Assembly: GCA_963826525.1 (NCBI GenBank)
Contig: CAWGXH010000004.1
Span: 1,760,001 to 1,824,000, forward strand
Length of the DNA stretch: 64,000 nt
Source of the DNA: an uncultured Methanomicrobiaceae archaeon
GTDB taxonomy: Archaea > Halobacteriota > Methanomicrobia > Methanomicrobiales > Methanoculleaceae
Direction: 5' to 3'
This document shows positions 22,707 to 31,322 of the stretch, piece by piece. The position numbers and the translations under genes were made by a program. The stretch's first letter is position 1. Every line of letters begins with the position of its first letter. Under the pieces are notes generated by a model. The model saw only the letters and a program-made list of their open reading frames with translations. It did not search any database and was not told where the DNA came from.

Positions 22707-22757
22707 GCTTCCTGGTATCCGCACGCGAGAAGAAAAAGAGTCTGATCTGCTCCTGCC

Positions 22758-23444
22758 TCAGATCTCTTCCTGAATGCCCCGGATGGTCAGCCTGATGAGT
22801 CCCAGGTGTGCATCGGGCTTTGTGAAGACACAGATATAGAGGTCGCCGTACGGGGCGATGATCAGCTTGCCGTCGGGGGACTCGAGGATCATCTGGTTTA
22901 AGTTGCCCATCTCCATATCCGAGACGATCTTCACGCCGGCCCGGAGGAGATCCTCGGCTACGGCGGCAACCTGTTCGACATCGGCGTTGCCGATGGACTG
23001 GAGTGCAAATCCTTCATGAAATACCGAGACGGCGATCACGCCGGGTTGTCTCCCGATCTGTGCCAGCCTCTCCTCACTCATCGTCGATTCGCGAGCGATA
23101 GGCTCCTCCTGCTCCGGTTCCTCTTCGACTATACTGCAGCCGTTAGCCCTGCAGTACTCCCATGCTGCTTCGAGCTCGTCCGGGGTGTATGCTATCATCG
23201 TGCATTCGAGCAACGACCTGCCGTAGAGGTAGTCGAGCGCATTTTCACCGCTGATACTGTAGACCCGGTCGTCCTCCTCGAACCTCGCGGCTATGGGATT
23301 GCCTGCCTCGACGACGAGAAAGCCGCCGCCTTCCGGCCCGGTGATAGTGAGCGCGCCGGTAAACCCGGGGCTGACGCTCATGAGATTCGCAAGAGTCCCC
23401 TGCATCTTGCCGAGCATTGTCCCTTCAGGCAGCATCGGTCTCAC
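22758..23444 (-). CDS. DUF2226-like N-terminal domain fused to Roadblock/LC7 domain
   Basis: N-term MLPEG..GFTGALTI..GFLVVEAGNPIAA..GENAL; C-term PGVIAVSVFHEGF..QMILESPDGKLIIAP..AHLGLIRL. Confidence 0.75.
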   Translation of the reverse strand: MRPMLPEGTMLGKMQGTLANLMSVSPGFTGALTITGPEGGGFLVVEAGNPIAARFEEDDRVYSISGENALDYLYGRSLLECTMIAYTPDELEAAWEYCRANGCSIVEEEPEQEEPIARESTMSEERLAQIGRQPGVIAVSVFHEGFALQSIGNADVEQVAAVAEDLLRAGVKIVSDMEMGNLNQMILESPDGKLIIAPYGDLYICVFTKPDAHLGLIRLTIRGIQEEI

Positions 23445-23788
23445 AGAGCGGCAGTTATCCGGTCACGGTTCTTCTTCAGCTCGTATCTGATCCTGCCCAC
23501 GTTGACGTTTGCATTCGCGACGATGGCGATCAGTTCGTCCTCGGAGAGCGGCGAGAGGAGAATCGGGCCGTTCTCAAGCTCGACAAGCATCTGGAGCATC
23601 TCCCCCTGCCCGAGTTCCATGCTCATCGCCTCCGATGTTCCCATGCCGGTCGATGCCATCGCTCCAAGAGCTTCGATATCCACATTGCCTGCAACCACAC
23701 TTTCAATGACAAAGCCGTCCCGTCCTGCGACGACAGCGGCAGTCACTCCGTCGAGTTTTAAGAACTCTCCAAGAATCTGTTTCAGCAT
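23441..23788 (-). CDS. Roadblock/LC7 (MglB-like) protein
   Basis: DGVTAAVVAGRDGFVIES, EALGAMAS, QMLVELENG, NVGRIRYELKK. Confidence 0.92.
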   Translation of the reverse strand: MLKQILGEFLKLDGVTAAVVAGRDGFVIESVVAGNVDIEALGAMASTGMGTSEAMSMELGQGEMLQMLVELENGPILLSPLSEDELIAIVANANVNVGRIRYELKKNRDRITAAL

Positions 23789-25170
23789 CTCTTCATCCCC
23801 TCTTGTTTTGCGTTTTCTATGTCTATTCTGATGGGCATCTGTCCGATGGCGTGGGTTGCGCACGAAATGCAGGGATCATACGCACGGATCACCATCTCTA
23901 TCCGGTTTGCCGCGCTCTCGGTCAGGGCACCGTTCTGCACGACCCTGCGTGCCATATCCTCGACGCCCCTGTCCATGGCATAGTTGTTCTGGCAGGTCGC
24001 CACGATCAGGTTGCACCGTTCGATCAGTCCGTCCTCGCTCACGGAGTAGTCGTGGATCAGCGTGCCCCGCGGCGCTTCGATGATGCCGACGCCGCGCCTG
24101 TTCGCGACTCCCACCGCAGGTGTTCTGATATCCTGCCCGGTGATGTCCGTATCCGAAAGATAGGCGACTGCCTTTTCGCACGATGCGATGAACTCGATAT
24201 ACCGGGCGATGTTGTAGGCGAGGGTAGTCTGGCTGTGCGCACCGAACTTCCGGCGATATTCTGCCAGCGCTTCGTCGGCACGCTCGCTTCCCATCTCCCG
24301 AACGATGTTGAGCCGTGCCAGAGGGCCGACGCGGTAGTAGTCGCCGGATTTGAGCCGGGCGAACTTCAGGTACGACCAGGGTTCCGAGTACTCATCGATG
24401 TACGTCGCGTAGTCTTCTCCCGAGAAGGACCCGATCCGCTCTCCACCGGCTCCGAGCACCTCTGCAGTGCCGTCATACGTCGTGAACGTCCCCTTGTCGG
24501 AGAGGCCGACGAATGCCGTCTTGACGGCACCGAACGAGGGGTCGACGTCGTCGAGGAGCCCCTTTGCGATATCCCATCCCTCCTCAGCGATGGCGAGCGA
24601 CTCCTTCGCCATCGAAAGAAGGTCGCTTCGCTTGCTCTCGCTTAAGGGTGCGGACATCCCGCCCGGCAGCGCGTTCCCCGGGTGGATTGGCTTGCCGCCG
24701 ACGGCTTCCGTCAGGCGCTGCCCGAACTTCCTGACCGCGATCGCCTTCTTTGCGATCTCGGGCGACTTCTTTGCAAGCCCGATGACGTTGCGTTCCTCCG
24801 GCGGGGCCTCGTGGCCGATGAGGAAGTCGGGTGCCGCGAGCATGAAGAAGTGCAGGGCGTGTGAATGGACGAACTGCCCGACATTGAGAAGTTCGCGGAG
24901 TTTCTTGCCGGTTTCCGGGGGTTTGACGCCGAAGATCTGATCCGTCGCTTTCGCTGCGGCGAGATGGTGGGCGGAAGGGCAGATGCCGCATATCCGGGGC
25001 GTGATGCGGGGCGCCTCTTCGACGGCTGCCCCGATGAGGAACTTTTCAAAGCCCCGGAGCTCGACGACCTGGAAATGAGCGGACTCGACCTCCCCGGCGT
25101 CGTTTACGTAGATCTTGACCCCTGCATGCCCTTCGATCCTCGTGACCGGGCTGATGGTGATCTCTTTCAT
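23782..25170 (-). CDS. Group 3 [NiFe]-hydrogenase large subunit (MvhA-like)
   Basis: PVTRIEGH, RGFEKF, L1 RICGICP.AH, VGPLAR, EAPRGTLIHDY, L2 DPCISCATH plus cleavable C-terminal tail. Confidence 0.95.
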   Translation of the reverse strand: MKEITISPVTRIEGHAGVKIYVNDAGEVESAHFQVVELRGFEKFLIGAAVEEAPRITPRICGICPSAHHLAAAKATDQIFGVKPPETGKKLRELLNVGQFVHSHALHFFMLAAPDFLIGHEAPPEERNVIGLAKKSPEIAKKAIAVRKFGQRLTEAVGGKPIHPGNALPGGMSAPLSESKRSDLLSMAKESLAIAEEGWDIAKGLLDDVDPSFGAVKTAFVGLSDKGTFTTYDGTAEVLGAGGERIGSFSGEDYATYIDEYSEPWSYLKFARLKSGDYYRVGPLARLNIVREMGSERADEALAEYRRKFGAHSQTTLAYNIARYIEFIASCEKAVAYLSDTDITGQDIRTPAVGVANRRGVGIIEAPRGTLIHDYSVSEDGLIERCNLIVATCQNNYAMDRGVEDMARRVVQNGALTESAANRIEMVIRAYDPCISCATHAIGQMPIRIDIENAKQEGMKRC

Positions 25171-26084
25171 CCGCTTCTCTCCTTGATAAGGTCGCGAATC
25201 TTTGAGTTCTCTTTGTCTTCCATGATCAGGCTTCCGATGGTGAACGCATACATGGTATGGGCGACATCGTAGAGTTCTTTTTCAACCTCTTTCTGCGGTT
25301 TATCCGTCAGATCGGAGATCCGCCGCACCATCATATTGTAGATGTCGCGGCACGGTTCGCGGAGAATGTCGAGCGACGGCCCGTTGCACCCGTGGCACGG
25401 CACGTTGTTCTTCGGGCACGCCGCTCCGCATCTCCCGAAGGTCACGCTTCCGAGACAGAGGTATCCCTGGCCGAGCAGACAGTGTTCCCGGTCGGGAATT
25501 CCCTCGTACCGCCGTTTCAGCGACCAGTTCTCGACAGGCCCCATCGTCCTGTCGCACTCTGCGCAGACGGACTTCCTGGAGAGTTCGAGGGTATCACCTG
25601 CTATCAGCGCCGGAATAATCTGCTTTAAGAGTGCTTCTTTCGGCGGGCACCCGGTGATGTAGTAGTCGATCTTCGTCATATCCCCGACGGCGAACGCCCG
25701 GTACAGGAACGCAGGGACATCCTTCGGAATGGTACCGTCCGGGTGCGCCGTCTCCACGCCGCGGTAGACGTAGTCGAAGAGTTCGGCATTGCTGCTGAGC
25801 ATCGAGAGCCCCGAGACGCCGCCGTAACAGGCGCAGGTGCCGAAGGCGACGATCTTCTTTGCCCGCTTTCTGAGGAGATGTAGCCGCTCCTGATTCTCGA
25901 CGTTCCGTATTGCTCCGGTTACGAACGCGATGTCGATGCCTTCCGGGGGCTCCTTGACGTCCATGATCACCGGCGAGTAGACGATATCGGCCTTCTCGAC
26001 AAGGTCGAGGATCAGTTCGTGGAGGTCGAGCACGGCGATCGTGCACCCCGAGCACCCTGCAAGTTCTTCAATGGCTATCTTCAC
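25167..26084 (-). CDS. Group 3 [NiFe]-hydrogenase small subunit (MvhG-like)
   Basis: GCSGC, GTCACYGG, GCPP, SVCAEC, CLLGQGYLCLG, CGAACP..NVPCHGC; no Tat signal. Confidence 0.93.
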   Translation of the reverse strand: MKIAIEELAGCSGCTIAVLDLHELILDLVEKADIVYSPVIMDVKEPPEGIDIAFVTGAIRNVENQERLHLLRKRAKKIVAFGTCACYGGVSGLSMLSSNAELFDYVYRGVETAHPDGTIPKDVPAFLYRAFAVGDMTKIDYYITGCPPKEALLKQIIPALIAGDTLELSRKSVCAECDRTMGPVENWSLKRRYEGIPDREHCLLGQGYLCLGSVTFGRCGAACPKNNVPCHGCNGPSLDILREPCRDIYNMMVRRISDLTDKPQKEVEKELYDVAHTMYAFTIGSLIMEDKENSKIRDLIKERSG

Positions 26085-26093
26085 AGGGTCACC

Positions 26094-26657
26094 TCATTTC
26101 AGAACGAGCTTCTTCAAGCAGGCATTCGGCCCGGTATGGACGATCTCAAGCTTCGCACGCCGCCCCGTTATCTCTTCGATAGCGCCGACGACGTATCCGA
26201 AGAGTGTCTGGCAGAGGGGTCCCCCCTGTTCCAGGCCGTTCCGGCGAAGCGTCTGGCGAACGATGCAGTCGTGGAATACGAGGTAGATGAACGTCTCGCC
26301 GTTCTCTTCGATGATGAAACTCTCTTTATCCTCGGGTTTCCAGACCTCGAAGGTGTACTGCCCGGAGAGGAGGTCAGAGAGCTCGTGGAGCGCCCCTTCG
26401 ACGTCCTCACGCTTCTGGAAGTATTTGGCAGTTTCATGGCCGAACTTCTTTCCGGCCCGGTACGTGACCGCATTTGCCCCCCGGCCTGCGATCTCTTCGA
26501 GTGAACGGATGATGAGCCCGTTCAGTTTCATGACTCCGTGGAGCGTCTGCTCCATCTCCCTCGGTCGCGGTGTGCAGTCGAGAGGGATGTCCTCGGAGAG
26601 GTAGACGATATCGGTGTGGAAACTCTCATGGAGCTCGTCGATATAACTTGCTGTCAT
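26094..26657 (-). CDS. V4R-domain ligand-binding protein
   Basis: YRAGKKFG helix; HDCIVR..GPLCQTLFGYVVGAIEEITG..C pattern typical of V4R. Confidence 0.8.
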   Translation of the reverse strand: MTASYIDELHESFHTDIVYLSEDIPLDCTPRPREMEQTLHGVMKLNGLIIRSLEEIAGRGANAVTYRAGKKFGHETAKYFQKREDVEGALHELSDLLSGQYTFEVWKPEDKESFIIEENGETFIYLVFHDCIVRQTLRRNGLEQGGPLCQTLFGYVVGAIEEITGRRAKLEIVHTGPNACLKKLVLK

Positions 26658-26899
26658 CAGATCACCCGATTCAACATTTCACAGACCCGCATGTCGATGT
26701 AGTGCCTCCGGGCAGGATAGATCCCGCGGTGCTCCAGTGCCTGGGACGGGCAGATCTCGTGGCAGGAGAGGCAGCCCATGCAGTTATTTGGTTTGACGGG
26801 GACACTAATCCCCTCCTGGAGTTCGTAGACGTCCATGGGACAATCCTTGACACAGAGACCACACCCGAGACACGCGTCCTTATCTACACGTATATCCAT
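26657..26899 (-). CDS. 2x[4Fe-4S] ferredoxin
   Basis: CLGCGLCVKDCP and CMGCLSCHEICP. Confidence 0.93.
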   Translation of the reverse strand: MDIRVDKDACLGCGLCVKDCPMDVYELQEGISVPVKPNNCMGCLSCHEICPSQALEHRGIYPARRHYIDMRVCEMLNRVI

Positions 26900-26929
26900 C
26901 TCTTGAGCCTCTTGGTAGATTCAATCACT

Positions 26930-26960
26930 GTGATATAAAAATCCTCCGATATTTATACGT
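26930..26960 (-). promoter_or_regulatory. Putative TATA box(es) for the ferredoxin-V4R-hydrogenase operon
   Basis: Minus-strand TTTTATATC about 35 bp and GTATAAAT about 55 bp upstream of the ferredoxin ATG. Confidence 0.45.
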
Positions 26961-27142
26961 TGTGTTTTCGGTTGTTCAAGGAAAAAAGATTTCTTCCGAT
27001 AATGTCGTTTTTTAAAGTCGGATGATGGGCTACGTTCAATCGGCGGCAGTATATTGTTTTCGCCAGGCCGATTGCGAGTCTTCCGGCCGCACCCGGGAGG
27101 GGCTCATCCGCCCCTGTGCCCTTCACGAGAGAAAATGGTGGA

Positions 27143-27340
27143 TTAGTTGAGTTCTGCAACGTTTCTGGTGGCGGTCATGAGCATCTCAAGATCGTCTTCG
27201 GAGAACGACATCCTTCCCTGCAGATGATCGACCTCGTCCTGCTGCTGCCGGATACAGCGGTACATGACGTATACCATGAAGATCTGGAAGAGTACGATGG
27301 TGCTGAAGGCTACGAGCAGTATGCTCTCAACCGCCATCAT
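27143..27340 (-). CDS. Small single-TM membrane protein
   Basis: N-terminal hydrophobic helix then acidic/coiled tail; start overlaps the MinD stop. Confidence 0.7.
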   Translation of the reverse strand: MMAVESILLVAFSTIVLFQIFMVYVMYRCIRQQQDEVDHLQGRMSFSEDDLEMLMTATRNVAELN

Positions 27341-28125
27341 CTCACCCTGAAGAGTGTCCTCGCCAGCCTGTCGACGAATCCCTCCCTCACCGGGCGGTCG
27401 GGTTCGTCGTCCGTGTTCTCGATCCCTGCAATATTTGCAGAAATGCGCCGAAACGCCCGTGATGCATCGGACGAAGGGTACTTGACGACGATGGGGTGAC
27501 GGCCCGCGGATGCACGCCGGACGTTCGGGTCTTCGGGGATGATGCCGATGATCCGTACCCCGAGCAGTTTCTCCATCTGTGCACGATTGAACTCATCGTT
27601 GGTCGTGGTGACGCGATTGAGTATCGCCCCTTCCACATGGCCGCCGACGGTCTCGGTCAGTATCTTGGTCTTCAGCGCGTCGACGATGGAGGAGATCTCC
27701 GGATTGACCACGAGAATCACCCCGTCGGCAACGGTCAGCGGAATGATGCCGTCTCTGCTGATTCCTGCCGGAGCATCGATGAGCATCACATCGAAGTCGC
27801 CGATGAGCTCACTCATGACGTCGCGGAGGCGATCCGGATTGGAGTTCTGGAACCCCTGGAGCGAGAGACCGCTTGGAACGACCTTCACCCCGAGCGGGCC
27901 GTCGTAGATAGCGTCCCGGACGGATGCCTTTCCCCCGAGCACTTCGTGGAGGGTTACCGGGAGATTTTCAAGTCCCAGGATGAGTCCGAGATTTGCCATC
28001 CCGACATCAGCATCCAGAATGCAGGTCTTCTTGCCGTACTTCGCAAGCATCGGGCCGAGGTTTGCCGTAACGGTCGTCTTTCCCGTACCGCCCTTACCGG
28101 ATGCAATTGTATATACATATACCAT
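27337..28125 (-). CDS. minD: MinD/ParA-family ATPase (archaeal MinD)
   Basis: SGKGGTGKTT, DADVGMANL, IDAPAG, ILNRV, IPEDPNV; C-terminal amphipathic GFVDRLARTLF. Confidence 0.93.
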   Translation of the reverse strand: MVYVYTIASGKGGTGKTTVTANLGPMLAKYGKKTCILDADVGMANLGLILGLENLPVTLHEVLGGKASVRDAIYDGPLGVKVVPSGLSLQGFQNSNPDRLRDVMSELIGDFDVMLIDAPAGISRDGIIPLTVADGVILVVNPEISSIVDALKTKILTETVGGHVEGAILNRVTTTNDEFNRAQMEKLLGVRIIGIIPEDPNVRRASAGRHPIVVKYPSSDASRAFRRISANIAGIENTDDEPDRPVREGFVDRLARTLFRVR

Positions 28126-28157
28126 GGTCGCTCATTCCCCGTTTCTTCTCGGGTAGG

Positions 28158-28740
28158 TCATACCCATCTCCGGAGGGCTTCTCCGACGTCACTTTCAAGC
28201 ACTGGCAGAGCATCGGGAGAGGACCTGCCGTACCGGACGGGCGATACCGATCACCGTTTCTCCCCTGTGGGAAACGCCGATAAGCCTGACATCTTCACCC
28301 GCCGGTCTCTCTCCCTGCTGGTAGAGGTAACTGAACTCTGCCGCCTCTTTTTGCGGGTCGGATCGCGTCGATCCGATGACAAGACCGTCCGCGGTAGCAA
28401 GCGTAAAGGACGTCAGGCTGTACTTCTCTGCGATAGCGGCGAGATGCTCCTGCAGGCTCTCCGCAGCAGTCAGGTCGATATCGGTTCTTACGCTACTCTC
28501 CGGCTCTTCCTCTGCCGGAACCCCTCTGTTCTGCACGGACAGCCGCTCCGGACGCAAGTTCGCGAATCCGGTCCCTACGGTGACCTTTCTGTGGAGGTCC
28601 ACGATCGTAGAGAGGTTCCTGTGAAGATCTACAATGAAGTAGAGGCATCCTGCGCAGGCTATCACCAGGATCACCGTGGTGATTGCGATAAAGGTCATCA
28701 GGAATGTTGTGTATCCCGTTGGATCCATAAATGGCGTCAA
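28158..28740 (-). CDS. Membrane-anchored protein with Roadblock-like C-terminal domain (probable frameshift near 28225)
   Basis: N-terminal TM; LAAIAEKYSLTSFTLATADGLVIGST resembles a Roadblock start; alternative frame ends ..LESDVGEALRRWV* at 28158. Confidence 0.6.
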
Positions 28741-28746
28741 CTCCTT

Positions 28747-29386
28747 CTATGCGTCACCATCCTGAATGAGATGCTCGAGGTTAATTCTCCGGAGCATATC
28801 CTTGCAGCTGACCCTGAACGTACTGTTGAGTTTATCAAGATCCATCTCTTCGATCGTCTGCACGATCGAATTGAGGTCTTCCTGGTGTCCGTCGGCAGGA
28901 GGAGCCCCTGTTCGATCGCCCGTCACCCGACTCGGCCGAACCTGCGGCACTGCTGCCACAGGTCCGGTAATGTTCGGTGGTGCGGGCGGTTTTGCCCCCT
29001 GCCCCGGTATCCGGGAACTCGCTGGTCTCTGGGTCCCGCTCCGGGCCAACGACGCTTTCCCTGGAGCACCTGCCTTTGGCGGTTCGGTGCTGCAGGAGCG
29101 GTTGAACTCCCGTGCGAGATTGATCTGTTCTGGGGTGAGATGGTTCAGCTCTGCCGCTGCCTCGCGCTCTTCGTCTTCCCGCAAACCGTCCAACGCATGC
29201 ATTCCCTTCTTCGCACCGCACTCGGCAAGCAGCACCTGCCCCCTATCGAATACTAATATGGCGCTTTCCTTCCCGAGTGCGATTGTAACAATATCCGGTG
29301 AACTGCGTACTCCCAAGCTCGTCCTTCAGTGAACGAAGGGTGACCGATCTATAAAGGCGGTGAAACATTCCACGCGGCAGCTGCAT
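28747..29386 (-). CDS. DUF2226-like protein with Pro-rich linker (frameshift near 29285)
   Basis: Upstream frame MQLPRG..DELGSTQFTGYC joins TIALGKESAILVFDRGQVLLA..GMHAL..QINLAREFN; AT-rich TATA-like stretch at about 29408-29430. Confidence 0.7.
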
Positions 29387-29525
29387 ACGACCACTTCACG
29401 CCACTGATATTTAATATATGCTATATTTATTTGTTTTCTGCCGATACTATCGGGTGTGGGGAATCGTTGCTCCATTCCCCGAGGGTACCCCTCTCTTTTC
29501 GGGTAACGGTTCTCCGAAAATGATT

Positions 29526-29990
29526 TTACTCCGCCATCTCCCGAAGAACGAACGCATACGCGGTCTTTACGCCGTCTTCAACGGCTGGATCGATTGCCGG
29601 TGAATAGTGGTCTACGCTGCCGACCTCTATGCCGATGGTTACTATCTTTGTAGCAAGACCGAGTTCACGTGCAACGGTGACGGCCTCACCGACACCGAGA
29701 TCATGGAGGACGATTGATCCGTGACGCACCGGGGGCGGCTCCCGAAAGATATGCACTTCTCCGATGCGCTCTCCAATCCCGACCATAGCGTCAACGATCA
29801 CGATCTTTTCATAGCCTTCCATGAGGGGGATCAGGCCGAGCCCGCCGGCTCCACCGTCAACTGCATCTATCCCGGGATTCAGCTCCAGGAGGAGGTGCAG
29901 CACCGCAATTCCTGCCCCGTCATTTCCCATGAGCGGGTTTCCGCATGCAATTACTCGTCTCCGGGTGTGTGTCACGCTCTTCCTCACCAC
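29526..29990 (-). CDS. Hydrogenase maturation protease
   Basis: ACGNPLMGNDGAG, VDGG, IVDA, LHDLG. Confidence 0.92.
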   Translation of the reverse strand: MVRKSVTHTRRRVIACGNPLMGNDGAGIAVLHLLLELNPGIDAVDGGAGGLGLIPLMEGYEKIVIVDAMVGIGERIGEVHIFREPPPVRHGSIVLHDLGVGEAVTVARELGLATKIVTIGIEVGSVDHYSPAIDPAVEDGVKTAYAFVLREMAE

Positions 29991-30068
29991 CGGTTTTATT
30001 GTGCCAGGTAGAAAAGGGTACGTACAAACCGTTCAGGGTGCAGTCGTTTCGTCCCTGACCGGAGTTGC

Positions 30069-30872
30069 GTGAACAGCATGATCTACATTGTTCCAAAACC
30101 GACCGATACGCCCACCGACAACTCCACCGGGCAGGTAATCGGTGAACTTGAGAAGGCCGGAGCGGGATATACCCTCCTCGATCTCGACTCCCTCGATCCG
30201 CTCGAGAGCGGTCTTGAGCGCGAACTCATCTGGGCATGCGGCATCAGGCAGAACGGCCATGACTTCGAGACGCTCAACGTACTCGCGCTTGATAACCGTG
30301 TCGTGAATACTCCGGAGAGTATCGTCACCTGCGCCTGCAAGGTGGCAACGACGGCGCTTCTCCTCCGTCGGGGTGTGAATACGCCCCGGACGCTGTTTAC
30401 GCCCTCGGGCGAGAGAGCCCGCTCCTTCATTGAGGAGTGCGGGAAAGTCGTCTACAAGCCTCTCTACGGCTTCGATGGGAACGGTATCAGGCTGATAACC
30501 GACGTCGCCGATCTCGAGGCGCCGCCGTGGTATCTGCAGGAGTACGTCCGGAACGATCGTGATTTCCGGGTCTTTGTCATCGACGGCGAGGCCGTGGGCG
30601 CGATCGAGCGTGTCTCCGACAGCCTGACACACAATATCCATCAGGGAGGGCTCGGAAGGGCTCTTCCGGTCGACGCGGAGATGGCCTCGGTTGCCGAGGC
30701 CGCAGCCCGTGCCGTCGGGATCGATTACTGCGGCGTGGATCTGCTCCTCGACGGCCGGGAGTATACTGTCCTTGAAGTGAACGGAACGCCGAACTGGCAC
30801 TGCATGGCGGCACCGATCCCGAAGCTCCTTGCCGGGTTCCTTATCGAGAAGGAACGGGAGATGAAGTCGTGA
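30069..30872 (+). CDS. RimK-family alpha-L-glutamate ligase (MptN/CofF-like)
   Basis: VYKPLYGFDGNG, YLQEYV, DFRVFV, NIHQGG, GVDLL, LEVNGTP. Confidence 0.9.
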   Translation: MNSMIYIVPKPTDTPTDNSTGQVIGELEKAGAGYTLLDLDSLDPLESGLERELIWACGIRQNGHDFETLNVLALDNRVVNTPESIVTCACKVATTALLLRRGVNTPRTLFTPSGERARSFIEECGKVVYKPLYGFDGNGIRLITDVADLEAPPWYLQEYVRNDRDFRVFVIDGEAVGAIERVSDSLTHNIHQGGLGRALPVDAEMASVAEAAARAVGIDYCGVDLLLDGREYTVLEVNGTPNWHCMAAPIPKLLAGFLIEKEREMKS

Positions 30873-30975
30873 GAACAATCTGCCCCTGCGCGCCTGGATT
30901 GGACGGAATCGGGCACAGGAGGGGCATAGGACGCCCTCAGTGAGGGTGTCCGTGCAGAGAGGCTATATCCTGAAA

Positions 30976-31260
30976 TTACTGGAGATATTCGATTTCCTTC
31001 AATGTTTTTTCGGCGAGCTCCCGCATGCGCGCCGAGATCCTGCCCGATGACGAAAACTCGACATCTTTCATTGCGTTTGCAAGTTCGGTTCCAAGGACGA
31101 AGATCGCGTATTTGTGCTCCATTTTACTTTTATGAACCTGCGTCGGATCGATCTTCAGGGAGTAATACTGCGAGAATTTTAATTCAGGGTTCATCATCTC
31201 AAAAAAGTCTTTTATCTCGGTAAGCATCCCATGTAGCGTTATAAGCTCTTCCTTGTGCAT
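30976..31260 (-). CDS. UPF0058 family protein
   Basis: MHKEELITLH..IDPTQVHKSKMEHKYAIFVLG. Confidence 0.88.
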   Translation of the reverse strand: MHKEELITLHGMLTEIKDFFEMMNPELKFSQYYSLKIDPTQVHKSKMEHKYAIFVLGTELANAMKDVEFSSSGRISARMRELAEKTLKEIEYLQ

Positions 31261-31322
31261 ATTCTCTCCCTGAAATAAAAATTGTAAATATAAACATATA
31301 TAAATTTGCACGCCAAAATCCG

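Noticed and set aside
23782-25170. Possible [NiFeSe] hydrogenase or stop-codon recoding
   Set aside because: The L2 motif is DPCISC with ordinary Cys codons; there is no in-frame TGA or TAG.
27496-29256. 586-aa plus-strand ORF across the MinD sub-operon
   Set aside because: Antisense to three coherent genes; non-protein-like composition.
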